This document shows, one piece after another, positions 36,934-49,015 of a stretch of 64,000 bases of DNA. Each line of letters begins with the position of its first letter. The stretch's first letter is position 1. Position numbers and translations under genes: made by a program. Source of the DNA: Psammoneis japonica (lineage: Eukaryota); the NCBI GenBank assembly GCA_008632985.1, contig QPGO01000234.1:1-64000 (forward strand), read 5' to 3'. The notes beneath the pieces are model-generated. The model made no database searches. It was given only the letters and a program-made list of their open reading frames with translations, and had not been told where the DNA came from.

Positions 36934-38301
36934 GTGGGTCCATCACCCGAAGAACGACTTGACGGTTCTCCCTCGTGGTGTCCTGTATTGTCGTCATGTT
37001 GCACCGAACCTCCCTTGAAAAAGGCAAAAGAAGCCTCTCCATCAGAATCATGCACCTTTCAACATGCGGTCGATACCTTCTTGACGTCTGGTTGCTGTGT
37101 AATTCCCAATGTCCTTCCCAAAGCATTTGTGAAAGATTGTTTGTCTAAAGCGCAATCGGATTGGAACTTGTTGGATGAAACATATAAGAGACGCAAAGAA
37201 ACAGTATCCAATAACAATCATCATGAGTATGCCGCCGTTCAACGCATGGATTTTGCCGAAGTGGTTGCCCGAGATGGACAACGAATTGATGTAAGGTTTC
37301 AGTTGGATCGATTTCCTTTTGTAACGCCTGGGTTGATTTACAATCCAATTGTCTTTCCGTTGGTACAAGCCTTGTTGCAATATGGAACAGACTATTCACA
37401 GCAACCACAACAGCAACAACAACCATCGGATCAATCGGCCATTCATCTATTGTATGCGGGTATCATGTGGGCCATGCCTGGGAATAAGGACAATAATAAG
37501 GAGGAGCCGAGTACACCCCAGAAATGGCATGCCGACGGAGATCACTTGTTTTCGCACGTCCATTTGCCACCTCATTGCATCAATGTGTTTTATCCTCTCA
37601 TCGATTTGAACAAAGACAATGGTCCCACGCAAGTTCAAGCGGGGACTCATCAATTGGGAAATTTTGCAGGACACGACCATCCTACCTTTGATTTACAAGT
37701 CAATGCCGGGGGTGTCTGTTTGTTTGATTATCGATTGAAGCATCGTGGTGGTGCAAACCTTTCAAAGACGCCTCGACCCATTTTGTACTTGGCGTATGCA
37801 AAATCCTTTTATCGGGATGTAGGAAACACTCGATCGTTGAAATCGATATTTTTAGACGACTCCACCATTGATTCACCCCCATGGGTGCCACGTCTCTTGC
37901 GAGGACAAGCCATGCCGCAAATGGGGCAAGGATTTGAACACTTCCAGAATGGACCAAACAAAGACTCCTCGTGCAACACTGTTGCGAATGTGAATTCACA
38001 ACCAGATTCGACACAAACGTTAGAGAACTCATCCAACACACCTAATGGTACTATCATCCCTTCCACCACTTCCAACGTTGGTGAACAATGGGTCCTCTTT
38101 CAAATGACAGTTGAATTGGGTCAAGGTGTGGCCGCACAAACCTTGCGTGTCCATCACGGAGACATTCCCATAGAAGTCGCCACCCAGTTTTGTATAGAAC
38201 ATGGAATTGATCCAGTGGCCATTCCCGCCTTGACGGATATGATTCAACAACAAATGGATGCGGCACTACGGACTGCCGCCCAGACAAAAGAGAGCGGATA
38301 G
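36934..38301 (+). CDS. PhyH-family Fe(II)/2-oxoglutarate dioxygenase
   Basis: Motifs QKWHADG, NVFYPLIDL...GPT...GTH, FDYRLKHRGGAN...RPILY. True start uncertain. Confidence 0.85.
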   Translation: MGPSPEERLDGSPSWCPVLSSCCTEPPLKKAKEASPSESCTFQHAVDTFLTSGCCVIPNVLPKAFVKDCLSKAQSDWNLLDETYKRRKETVSNNNHHEYAAVQRMDFAEVVARDGQRIDVRFQLDRFPFVTPGLIYNPIVFPLVQALLQYGTDYSQQPQQQQQPSDQSAIHLLYAGIMWAMPGNKDNNKEEPSTPQKWHADGDHLFSHVHLPPHCINVFYPLIDLNKDNGPTQVQAGTHQLGNFAGHDHPTFDLQVNAGGVCLFDYRLKHRGGANLSKTPRPILYLAYAKSFYRDVGNTRSLKSIFLDDSTIDSPPWVPRLLRGQAMPQMGQGFEHFQNGPNKDSSCNTVANVNSQPDSTQTLENSSNTPNGTIIPSTTSNVGEQWVLFQMTVELGQGVAAQTLRVHHGDIPIEVATQFCIEHGIDPVAIPALTDMIQQQMDAALRTAAQTKESG

Positions 38302-38414
38302 TGCAAGATTACCCTATAAGAGTGGGTTGGGCCTAATCATTTAATGTTTTACTGACAACCGGTAACCTTGCAGGGAACATGTTCTTACGTCATCACTCAC
38401 ACCGGTAGATCGAA

Positions 38415-39902
38415 TCACTTGGAACGCCGCTGCACACGAAGTTTCGTGCCAACCGACTTGAGAGTCACATAGTATATTTCTTCGCCAGGATCCTCCACTG
38501 TGAATTCGTAACTTCGACAGAGACGAGCCAGAATACCATACACCTCGGCTGTAGCCAATACTTGACCTTGACAACCTCTACGTCCAAGAGAAAAGGGCAT
38601 AAAGGCTTTCAATACAGCCTCGTCCGGGTCTTCCCACCGCGACGGCACAAACGAGTCGGGGTTTTCAAACACGTCACCATCTCGGTGCATCAAATAAAAG
38701 GGAAAATCGACCCAGCTCTTTGCCGGAATCACCATATCCGAGTCGGGGACGGAAATATCACGTTGGACTTGCCGCATACTACCCAAGGCAACCGTCGGAT
38801 GGAGTCGATGCGTTTCTCGAACGACGCGTTTCAACGCGGCAGACTGTCGAGCCGCATCGTCGGTTGGACACTGACAGAGCGCCTTGTAAAGTCGCGTCTG
38901 CTCTTCCAAATGACGCGCCAGTTCCAACAAGGCCCAGGTGATTGTGTAGGAAGACGTGTCGTATCCGCCAACAAAGTAAAGTACCATATCCGCGGCACGC
39001 TCTTCATCGTTGGCATACCCGTCGTCGTTTGCAATTAGGTACAGAATCGAATTGGGGTTGGGATTAGGACATTGTCGATGAGCATCAAGAATGTCCGCAA
39101 ACTTCTTCTTGAGCTCGCGAGCACATTTGTGTGCATATCGATTGCTGGCAAACATCCACGCCGTGAAAGGAAGTGCCCGAAGAAGGCTCTGCTTGCAGGT
39201 GTCGGAAAACTCAATGTAACAAGTTTTGACCAAATATGCCAGTCGATCTACTTCCTCGGGTGTAAATTGATAGTCAAAAGCCACGCGACCAATAATACGC
39301 ATTGTGAGTCGACTCATTTCTTTGTCTACAACAATCGCCTCGTTTGACGCAATCCCTACAGGTTCGAGATGAGTCTCGATCCATTCCGAAAGCAAGTTTT
39401 CAATGATTCCCGTCATTCTCTCGACGTTCTTACTGGCAAATGCCGGATTTGTGGACTTGCGGACGTGAGAAAACCGCGCTCCTTCCGAGCAAAAAAAGGT
39501 TGAGTTCGCCGCTGCTGCCGTCTGGTCAAACATTAGGTATGCAAGAGAGGGTTTCGTTGACTTTGGGTCTTCCAGCACCGAACGGGCCACGCGATAGTCC
39601 CACGCAACACAAAAGTTGATCCATGGGGGAACATCCTTTAGGTAGAAGGCCTTTCCAGACACTGTTTTGGCCGCCTCTCGCAGCAACATGGGCCCATGCG
39701 GACTGCCGAGAGCTCTTGATGAGAAATCCACCAATGGTGGAACTTTCTTGTCGATGCTTTGACTAGAACGCTGAAACCATGACTTCACCGTCCAGAGGCC
39801 CACCACGCCTGTGAATAACCAGACGTAAACGTCCGGAATGTCTCCCACTGCTGCTGTCATGGCCTTTTTTTGTGGTATCGTGTTGTCTGAAACTGGAGCC
39901 AT
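38415..39902 (-). CDS. Cytochrome P450
   Basis: N-terminal TM anchor, I-helix GGYDTS, ExxR (ETHR), FVPSRW and the heme motif FSLGRRGCQG. Confidence 0.95.
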   Translation of the reverse strand: MAPVSDNTIPQKKAMTAAVGDIPDVYVWLFTGVVGLWTVKSWFQRSSQSIDKKVPPLVDFSSRALGSPHGPMLLREAAKTVSGKAFYLKDVPPWINFCVAWDYRVARSVLEDPKSTKPSLAYLMFDQTAAAANSTFFCSEGARFSHVRKSTNPAFASKNVERMTGIIENLLSEWIETHLEPVGIASNEAIVVDKEMSRLTMRIIGRVAFDYQFTPEEVDRLAYLVKTCYIEFSDTCKQSLLRALPFTAWMFASNRYAHKCARELKKKFADILDAHRQCPNPNPNSILYLIANDDGYANDEERAADMVLYFVGGYDTSSYTITWALLELARHLEEQTRLYKALCQCPTDDAARQSAALKRVVRETHRLHPTVALGSMRQVQRDISVPDSDMVIPAKSWVDFPFYLMHRDGDVFENPDSFVPSRWEDPDEAVLKAFMPFSLGRRGCQGQVLATAEVYGILARLCRSYEFTVEDPGEEIYYVTLKSVGTKLRVQRRSK

Positions 39903-40058
39903 TGCGGTTGATCGGAACACGTCAGTTTGAAGTGAAGAAGAGGCAGGCGGCAGGCAGTGTGATTCCGAAAATCCAAGACTCCTTTTTCGTCGTGTCCCGC
40001 CACCCCTCTGCGAACGCGCGTACGTGCACCTCGCGCGAAAGGCACAAAAAAAATACAG

Positions 40059-40644
40059 CACCAGTAAAAAACCGAATTGAGTCCTTATGACTGAACTGAG
40101 TCCTTATCCGACCCATATGTTGAATCGATCGATAAAATGATGAAAAAACCAAGTAATCAAACTGTTTTTGTTGCTGTGATAATCTTCAATTGCTGCTGCT
40201 TCTGACCATGTGTTTGGATTTGGGTGTTTCAGTTTTCTCCGGCTGCCCGTTGCCGTCGAACATGGTCGTTTGTATTTTTTGAAGCGGAAACGAGATTCAA
40301 CAATTCTCATGTAATTTTTTTATCAAGACACGCACATCATATATCCTCACTGCTCCGTGCTGCTTGCTGATTTGGAGATGTGTTGAATTTCTTCTGGTGC
40401 TTGACACGCAGAAATGTGCAGGGGGGCCGAATTGAGTCATCACGCGAAAAAGGTGCAACTTTTGCAGCTAGATTAAGCTAATCCCAAGCCCATTTCACAA
40501 CCGACCATCATCAAAGAACTCGTTAAGAGATGATGAAAAGCTGGGGAAATGCAAAGAAATGGTCAGTTTTAGGCCAATGATGGGCAAAAAATGGCCATTC
40601 AACATGTGGCAAAAATGAGGACTCAATTCGTTTTTTCACTGGTG
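40059..40644. mobile_element. Non-autonomous TIR element (CAC termini, possible 5-bp TSD)
   Basis: Left CACCAGTAAAAAACCGAATTGAGTCCTTAT versus reverse complement of right CACCAGTGAAAAAACGAATTGAGTCCTCAT. Flanks are TACAG and CGCAG. Confidence 0.75.
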
Positions 40645-41188
40645 CGCAGACTAGCTCGAAGCTAAAGGACTGAGGCGAGCGCGCGTAAATGTGAAGTGGT
40701 CAGTCCCGCCCACTCGTGACTCAGCACTTCCCCACGGTGAAAATTGCGCAGGAATCCGACGATGACAAAAACGGTCAGATGACTTCCGCTGACAACAATG
40801 TCAACTGCATGTGACTTGCATTCTGTGTTCGTGAATGCTTGGGTCAACCGCTTTGGGCATCACACACAGTTGTTTTGACGAGCTGGAAGTTGCCCGAACA
40901 AAAAACGAGTCGTGCGGAGCACCGCAGCTTTGTGCGCAATGCAGTGCTTGGCGTTGTTTTGGCAAAGTTCAGGGAAATGACTGCATGCAACACTTCAAGT
41001 GGTTAATTTGTGCATTGAGGGTGGTCGGCTGCTGCTTTTTTTGGCTTGAATTCGGCCAAACAGCTCGTGTTTTGCGCGATTTTTCCTGAATTTCACCGCA
41101 CTTCACCGTGGTGAAAACAGCAAGCCATGAGTCTGTGATGGAGGTGGCCCGTCTGACAACTCTCATTTGTTTTGTGTTTGTCATGTGT

Positions 41189-41976
41189 GATGCGTTCCAG
41201 GTCCAGGTGGGATCTCGCGCCACTGAACTGTGACATCAACAGTTTTTTGAATCGCGTCGCATGTCGCGCACGCACATTTCTACGTGATTTTGGCAAAATT
41301 TTGCATCATTTTACAGCACAATTGTCAGGCGATCCATTTGACAACTTTTAACATTTTTTCTCCTGCACCATTCTCGAGTGTCTTAAGAGTGGTGCAGGGC
41401 AGGCGCGCTGTCCAAAACTTCGAGCACGCACAGAGATGTGTGTGCTGCAAACTTGGCCGTTCATTTTGTGTCAAAGACAAACACATCCATTGACCAGAGC
41501 ACAAACTGCAGAGCTCGCACCCAGAATTCTGTGGGGCAAATGACGCGTTCCAGACGCAGGTGGGAATCCGTGTGACATTGGGCCCGTGGACTTCCACGTG
41601 CGAGCTCCGCAGCAAAATCACATGGCAATTAAAACGTCAATGATCGCCAACAGAAAATGAGGCAATTTTGCGAACGCACAAACTCGCACATGATTGAAGT
41701 GCATCATTTTTTACTTGGCCAGTTACATTCTTCAGACATTGAAGAGTGCAACTGGCGCATTGTTGTTTCTGTAAATTTGTCACATGAAACGTCTGGGGCT
41801 TCGCAAAACAGCGAGTCTGGACAATTTTTTTTAAATGTCACACATAGAAATCTATGAACGAAACATGCGACGAATGATGAAAATCATTGTTGTCACACGT
41901 CAGTGTTGCGAGCTCCCACCTGGGGCTGGAACGTGTCAAATGTCACAAAAAGTCCCGCCTGGGGCTGGAGCCCGTC
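41189..41976. mobile_element. MITE family A, copy 2, containing nested MITE B copy 2
   Basis: Colinear with 33249-33638 once 41542-41941 is removed. Flanks GTGT and GCAT read as a diverged 4-bp TSD. Confidence 0.88.
41542..41937. mobile_element. MITE family B, copy 2 (396 bp, hypermutated)
   Basis: Colinear with 34218-34613; 4-bp TSD AAAT. Confidence 0.93.
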
Positions 41977-42399
41977 GCATCAAAGATTGCGCGCACATGA
42001 AAAGTTGGCAGACGGCAAACTGCATTTGTGAGAAATGTCGACATTGCCATCATCGTCGTGCTTCGATCGCGGTGCATGATGTTCTTGTTTTCATGCGTGA
42101 TCGGGGGTGAATGCAAACAATTTTTGCGCTCAAAAACAAACACTGCAAATGTCTTCGTTCAAATGCCATGGTGACTCCAGGACAAACGCGGGGATGACCC
42201 CCCTTAAAGAACAATGAATGCACGTTGCATGCAGCAAAAATTGTCACTGGTGGAAGTCATCTGACCGTTTTAGTCATCTTCGGATTTCTGCGCAATTTTC
42301 ACTGTGGGAAAGTGCTGAGTCATGAGTGGGCGGGACTGACCACTTCCTGTGTCCGCGCGCTCAACACAGCCCTCACCTTCGGCATCTGGGGAAATTCTC

Positions 42400-42601
42400 A
42401 AGTCTCCAGCCAGCTGCTGGCTGAAGAAATTTGTGTAGAAATTGCACTGAAAGAGTCTGTCAATCTGTGCGTCAGGGGGTTTTGGTGAACGCTGGACAGA
42501 CTCGTCTTCTTTTGCGCATGTAAAAATTGTGCTGCACTTGCAAAACCGCCCAAACGCACTGACGAGCAGACTTTTTTCAGCCAGCAGCTGGCTGGAGACT
42601 T
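42400..42601. mobile_element. Small inverted-repeat element (about 200 bp)
   Basis: AAGTCTCCAGCCAGCTGCTGGCTGAA ... TTCAGCCAGCAGCTGGCTGGAGACTT. The interior resembles about 48750-48875 in inverted orientation. Confidence 0.65.
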
Positions 42602-42645
42602 CCCCCCATGTCTCCCCATTGCATCTGACACATTTCAAATGCACC

Positions 42646-44428
42646 ATGGCGTCGGCCGCAAGCATCAACGACCATGACAGTCCCACACAGCCTGCTCCGA
42701 AACGTCAGAGACTGACAGTGGAGTCAGATTTAAACTTGAAAGCACTCAGAGAGAACCTGGAGGTGAAACAGCGCGAGCTCGAAGATGCCTTGAACACGTG
42801 CAAAGAAAAGCTCGCTGCGCACCTGCATGCAAGCGACACCAGAAGAACTCATGTCGGCTGACACTCCCCCCGTCAAGTGTCTCAGTCAAAAGAGTGATGC
42901 TGAACAAAGTCTTTCTCGTGTCGGAAGAAAGTGGAATGACATTCAGACCCAAACTCTTTCCTTTTGCCGAAAAAAGCTTCTCAACGAGGGCCGTTGTTGC
43001 CACCGGTGTGAGGAGACACCCAACGGGGAGACAGCTTTGCTTGAGTGCGGCTGTTTTAATGTAGATGATCGTGACACAAGTGGCATCTGCGGACTTCGCT
43101 TGTGCACAAAATGCGCATCAGATTTGAAAGAATTCAAATCATCGGATCTGAAAGTCTGCGAAGTTTGCAAAACACTTTCTTGCCAGATCAACCCTGAAAC
43201 TGGAAGGCACAGTTCCGCCAAATGCGCAACTTGCTTGTGCAAGGTGGCAGAAAACAGCACCTGCTCGGAGCACATTGAAGGAAAAAGATCTTTGGAGAAA
43301 AAGCACGTGTGCAAGCCATGTGTCCGTGCATGCTCCGCCCCATTGCGCATTTTGACTGGGCATGTGTCGCCCGAGCCAGCACACAAAATGCAGCTGAGGA
43401 GTCAGAATGATGGCGGTTGCAGCAACACCATTTTCGGTGGTCACCTCAACAATGACATCCTGTTGATCATTCTTGACTGTTGTGGATCGAGAGAACTGAT
43501 GCGGTTTGCGCTGGCCAGTTTCGACAACTTCCATCTTGCCGAAAGTTACGCGAGTCGACTTTGTCAATGCTTGAATGGCAGCCCTGCCCCAAAAGAGTGT
43601 TGGACATCATCTTGTAGATGGATCAATCATCTTGAGTTTCAAGTGGCAGAAAGGTTTTGCTTTTTATCAATCGACGACTTTGAAGGCGCCCAGCGACACC
43701 TTCGGCGCTGCGACAACCTTTGCTTTACAAAGGTTCACCAGCCACATGACTGCGCATCAGTGGAACATAATCTGATTTTCATTGAGGAGGATTTTCTTGA
43801 GCCGGCAACGCTTGGGGCCATTTGCGGCAACAAGAGCCTTTGTTCCAATGTGGGATCGCATTTTGTCATTGGTCGTGTGCATTCATCGCAGTCTGTCGCT
43901 CCACTTTCGATCGGATTGGTTTCAACAGAATGTGATCCTTTGGCGCCATGTAACGAACCGGGTTCTTGCTGGGTTGCACACCATGAGTTGGATTTTAGCC
44001 GCTTTGTTCCGCCCATGGACGACGATGTCGACCAGGTTGATGCAATTTTCGGTGTCAAGTTTGAACCTGATGCGCGGATTCTCTCGCATTTTGATTTTTT
44101 TGCTGAAGATCTTGATGAATTTTTCCGCATTGATGGTGAGGACGAAAGGCCACTCAGTGGAGCCAGTGCGATGGAATGACAAGTCTGCATCAAAGAAGCT
44201 TCAATGCCTGCAGGTCCACTGCACTGAGCAATGACAATGGGCACAAACGAGGAACCTGCCGCTGAAAGCGAGTTTGAAATGCCGTCAGAGGTGTCGTTGC
44301 GCGATTGCACCGCAGCTGAATTTGACCAACTTTATGACCGCTCTTGCAGGCAGCACAAGAATCACGGCTTCGCATTGTGTCACAGGGTTGTTTGGCATTG
44401 CTTCCATCTGTTGACTTCATCTCATTAG
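42646..44428 (+). pseudogene. F-box-like gene family copy 2
   Basis: Frameshift near 42825 and internal TGA stops. F-box-like LNNDILLIILDCCGSRELMRFALAS; C-terminal SPRY-like pattern. Confidence 0.8.
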
Positions 44429-44699
44429 CCAAATGAGGGAAAGATGACGAGGCAGGTGCATCCAGCAGCCTGCCACCCCTCTGTTTGGTCAAAGATGGAG
44501 CGAAAAGCCTGATCGTTGCATTTTGAGCTCGCGAAGCGGCAAAGGAAGCTGCGAGTCATTTGTGTTTTCTTTCACAACAAGCCTGACCTTGTCATGGCCG
44601 CAAATCGGCTTGGAAGATCTCATCTTTCCTCGTCCCCGTGATTGGAGAAAATGGGTGCAGATTTGGCCCAAATGTGAATTGCTTCCATGAAACACATTG

Positions 44700-46350
44700 T
44701 GTGGCACCCATTGTGCAAGCTGTCAATTTTGCTCCACCCCTCGAAGAACTCAGACTTCTCCTTTAGATTTCTTCGTGCCTTTGGATTTCTTGGTGCACGA
44801 CTTCTTTCCTTTCTTTCCGAAACACAACGAATCGTCGCTGTTCTCCACACCAGATGACATGGCTGAAAACAAATCATGGTGAGTGCGGTGGCAGCATGCA
44901 TCTCGTTCATTGTGGACGTCACCGGATCCATGTCCTCCCAGCCGTCCATGCATTCGCGACCCCAGCTCGGTTCACTGTCGGTCGCGGCCGTGTAAACCGC
45001 CGTGTGGCCATGTGCATGTGGGAGCATTGGCATTTGGAAGAAACTCGCCAGAAAAACACTGATCGTGAATCACAAAGAGCCGTTGCACTGGACAGTCGGC
45101 GTTGTCAGCTTCAAGCTCAACTGGTGTGTAGATCTCACCGCCATCAGCAATCCCGTCACTGTCAAAGTCCCACAGGTTGAGACCACAGGTGTTCGTTCCA
45201 TGCATGGTGTGACGCGCAGATGAGTGGCACGTCCGTTTCAACATCAAGATGCTGACACAGCTCCCCCATCTTGGCACGAATCGTGTCTTGTTTGGTTGTG
45301 CCACTCGCAACGTCGTTTGTTGCAAAGTCATCATTGTCACCATCACCATTGTTGAGATAAAGTGGGTTGGACCCAACAGTGTGCAGGTGAAGATCAGGCT
45401 TGCCAGAAAGCCACAGCCCCAGATCTTGCTGCAGAGGCTCTTGAGGTTGGCGGCATGCCTTCTGAAAGTTGGCCCTGTCATTGATGTTGCCAGACATCAA
45501 AGCCAAATGAAGGCACTCCTTGTCTTTGGAAGTCCTCCTCCTTCTTTCCAGACAAACATCTGGAGGCTTGTGGGGAATGTCCGGACAGCTCAGCGGTGTG
45601 ACCTCTTTGCACGTGAAGCAGAGTTCACTTCCATGCCCTTGGCCTGCCCAGACGGTTGTTGAAGGAAAGTCTTTGCCAAACTCCTCAACATGGTTCACAC
45701 ACATCCACTCTGCCTCACACCCAAAGTTTGAAAATGGTGCAGGGTCAAGCATGACAACCCAGGTGAGCAGGCATGGCTGAAGCAAGTCACAAATCCCTTG
45801 GTCGTGGTCATGAGCCACAGCAGGAGTCTGCCCAGATGCTCTGTCTCCTGGCATGGCAAAGTCCGTCATTCAGATTGCCTCACTCTCAATGGCTTGGTCG
45901 CGCACCTTTCATTCAATGTGATCAACTGCATCCTCTGGAGCAAGATTTCAAACTCTTCAATGTCAGCCAATGCCGGGGGAAAGGCCGTGCTGGCAAGAAG
46001 AGCAAGTCTGCAAACCATTGGCTTGGAAAGAATCATGGGTCACAACAAAACTGGACCCAACACGTCACTTGAATTCTGGCTCAACATTGCAAAGCTGCTC
46101 AGATTGCTTCTCTTTGATCAGGAGCTGCAACAAGCAAAGATTGCAAGCATGAAAAAATCAACACCAAAGCAAATCTCATCATGGCACAGTGCACTGACCT
46201 TTCCATTGTTTGTGAGACAATCTTTGCAAGAATCAAGACAAAATGTGTGATGCTCATCATGCAATTCCTCCTCTGATGCACGTTTTTGAGTCTTGACAGA
46301 TGCAGATGGAGCCTTGAAATCTTCGGTGTTTGCTGCCATCCATGGCTCAA
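44700..46350 (-). pseudogene. Clan CD (C13/caspase-like) peptidase, copy a
   Basis: Frameshifted homolog of 51801-53381, with LFVIHDQCFSG and HTAVYTAA. Confidence 0.75.
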
Positions 46351-46799
46351 TTCATTTCATTCCCCAATTTCTGAGCGCACTTTCAATCATTGTGCCACAT
46401 GATGTGTTGGTGGCTTTGATTTCCATCTGCTTCTCTTTGTCATGTGCTCAACGTGATTTTCAGTCTCAATGCCGCACAACAGATGCTTTGTTTCCACAAC
46501 ACTTGTTGCAATCCATGGCTCAAATCATTTGAGTTCCTGGCACACTCATTGGAGACATCTGACCATGACTTTCATTTCTCCACAAGAACTGCCATCTCTC
46601 CCTCACTGTGAGACATGTTCAAAATGTCAATGGTTGCAAGATGCCATGCTTCGCCCCAAACAGATGAGTGGTTGATGGTTGCATCATTCATTGGTGATGA
46701 CAATTCCAACCCAAACTGGGAAAATGAGTGAGTGTGGGATTCCAGCCAGGAAAAAGTGAGCACGGGAGTCTGTCTGTGTCCCCCCCATCACCCCCCCCA

Positions 46800-48700
46800 A
46801 CTGTGCCAGCCATCTTGTCATCTGTGTGTGTGCTTCCTTGTGTGCAATCAATGCAACAGATGACTTGTGCACCTCTGCCACCAAAGATGATTCAAAACCA
46901 GTCCACCGTGACTGTCACCATCTGGGGCAGCAGTCTTTGCAGTGGGAGATTGAAGCTGGCAGTGGTTCGGTTTGCTCAGATGGTGGAGGCAAAGACACCA
47001 ATGAGTTGCTCATGTTGTTGATCACATGGCTCAATGCATTTGAGGAGTGGGTTGTTTCCAAGGTCAACCTTTCAAAGAAACCAGACAAACTGTCCCCAGC
47101 AGTGAGTTGCTTCTGGGAAGTGCCAGCCAGGGACTCCTTTGTGATGGGCTCTTTGAGCAGCCATGTCACAACTTGCAAGACAAACTCTGGCAGCAGCAGT
47201 GGGCACAATCAAAGCCCAGTCAGAACCTGCTGTGAAGGAATGAAATGATGAAACAATGTGATGAGTGGATGGAGGGGACAGTGTGTCCCTGGACAGCGGG
47301 GCTGCTGTGATGTTCTCCTTCTCCAAAAACCACTGGCTGTGCAGACAATGTCCCTCCTCCAAGGTGTCCATGGCCAGGGCTCTTGCAACATCAAGCTGTG
47401 TGACCATGTTGTTGTCCAAGTGGGGCTTGTGCATCTGCCCCATGACTGTTGTGCTGTTGCCCCACAGAAGGCAGCATGACTCTGCAGGGGGTTGACCACG
47501 ACACAGAGTGTCCATGACACAGGTGGTGCAGCATGCCACCAGGAACTCCAGGGTGTTGAGCACAGCACAACATCAGAGATGCGCAGGCAGCTCCCCAACT
47601 GCTGTGCCACACCTCAGGCAGTGCAGAAGCCCCCAAACCCATGTTTGCAGGCATCGGATCTGCAAATTTGATTTGGCAAGCAAAATGCCACAATGTTCTT
47701 CAGGCTGATCCCCCAACCACAAAATTGCCATCCCTGATGGCAGCCAGAGGCTCAGAAGCCTTGGGGATCATGCCCCAAATCCAAGATGGAGTTGTCTTGT
47801 CAAACTTGTTCCCAGATGATGTGTGGCCAGACACTCCACCATGTTCCTCTGCCAAGTTCTTGTGGGAGGTGAGAGACTGGCCAATTTGCAAAAAAGGAGC
47901 GGCCTCTGGTGCTGATGCTGTGCCAGATGGGGACATCATGGCGGTGCCTGCAGAGGCAGCATTGTTGCCAGAAATGGGGATGCCAGGTGGTGCGAGCCTT
48001 CCCATGGTTGCAGAGGAGCCGATGCCCAACTCTCAGCCCTGGAATGGGCGAGAGTGTCAAGTGCAGAACCTCTCATCTTGCTGGAAGAGCTGCCAACCAC
48101 GGGAAATGGACAACGGGACAAAAAACTGCACCAGTGGCAAGTTCTTGGTTGCTGCATCAAAGTTTTGAAAAAATCTCAGATGGCCAGCTTTGACGTGACA
48201 GCCCCAGCCAAAAATTGTGGGATGAGGATGATGATGCGGAGCAAGGTGCAGGCTTCAGCAGCATCCCAAGGTGCTGTCAGCAGCGCCTTTGCATCAGCTG
48301 GCGATGATCCTCCTGCTGATTGGAGTGCAGCAATCCAATCCAGAGCTGTCGTGGGTGAGTCATCAACATGCCAGAGACACAAGCTGGGTGGTGCAAGAGC
48401 CGGCATGGTGTGAGCACCATGGCCGCTCTCAGCGCCCAAATGGAGTTTTTTTGTTCGGGGTTGAGGGGGGCTTGAGGTTGACATGCAGCTGGTGGGTGAG
48501 CTTCACATTCCCCAGGGTGCCAGGGATGAGTCCCACCAACAAGTCTCTCAGCACCAACATCTCCGCATGGCACGCCTCGGCAGAGAGAGGTCGTTGTCGA
48601 AGAACGTGGCAAAGCCGCAACTCGCGTGTGCTTCGCACGAAAGGCACACACAAAATTCCAACCCTGCCCTCCATGACATTTGGGGGGCATGTCTGGACAG
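46800..48700 (-). mobile_element. DIRS/Ngaro-like tyrosine-recombinase retrotransposon relic (RNase H region)
   Basis: GISLKNIVAFCLPNQICRSDACKHGFGGF, LNTLEFL, LWGNSTTVMG, CLHSQWF...NITAAPLSRD follow the DIRS-type RNase H pattern (SDA..G.G, N.LE, DNT, N..AD.LSR). Limits approximate. Confidence 0.7.
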
Positions 48701-49015
48701 CTGCTGTTCGAACAAATTCTCTCTGTCTGTGCGTTTGGGGCACTTGTCAGTGCTGCAGGCAGAATTTCAACGCATGCACAGAAAAAGAGGCAGAGTCTGT
48801 CCTGCGTTCACCAAATTTTCCGAATGCCTCAACAGCAATGATGATTGACAGACTGTTCCAATGCAAATTCCATCCACGCAAGATTGTTCGAACAGCCGCC
48901 TCCGTCGGTCCAGACACGTCCCCCAATAAATGCGGTAACCCCCAAGTTGTCTCTGCCAAAAAGCGGCGCTCTCCATCTGCACCTCGCGCTGCGCGCTGCA
49001 CCTGCACTGTTCTAA

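Larger units (their letters stand above)
40677..42362. mobile_element. Non-autonomous DNA element with about 145-bp TIRs, hosting nested MITEs
   Basis: 40677-40823 (GAGCGCGCG..GAAGTGGTCAGTCCCGCCCACTC..) is the reverse complement of about 42216-42362. Exact ends and TSD unresolved. Confidence 0.8.
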
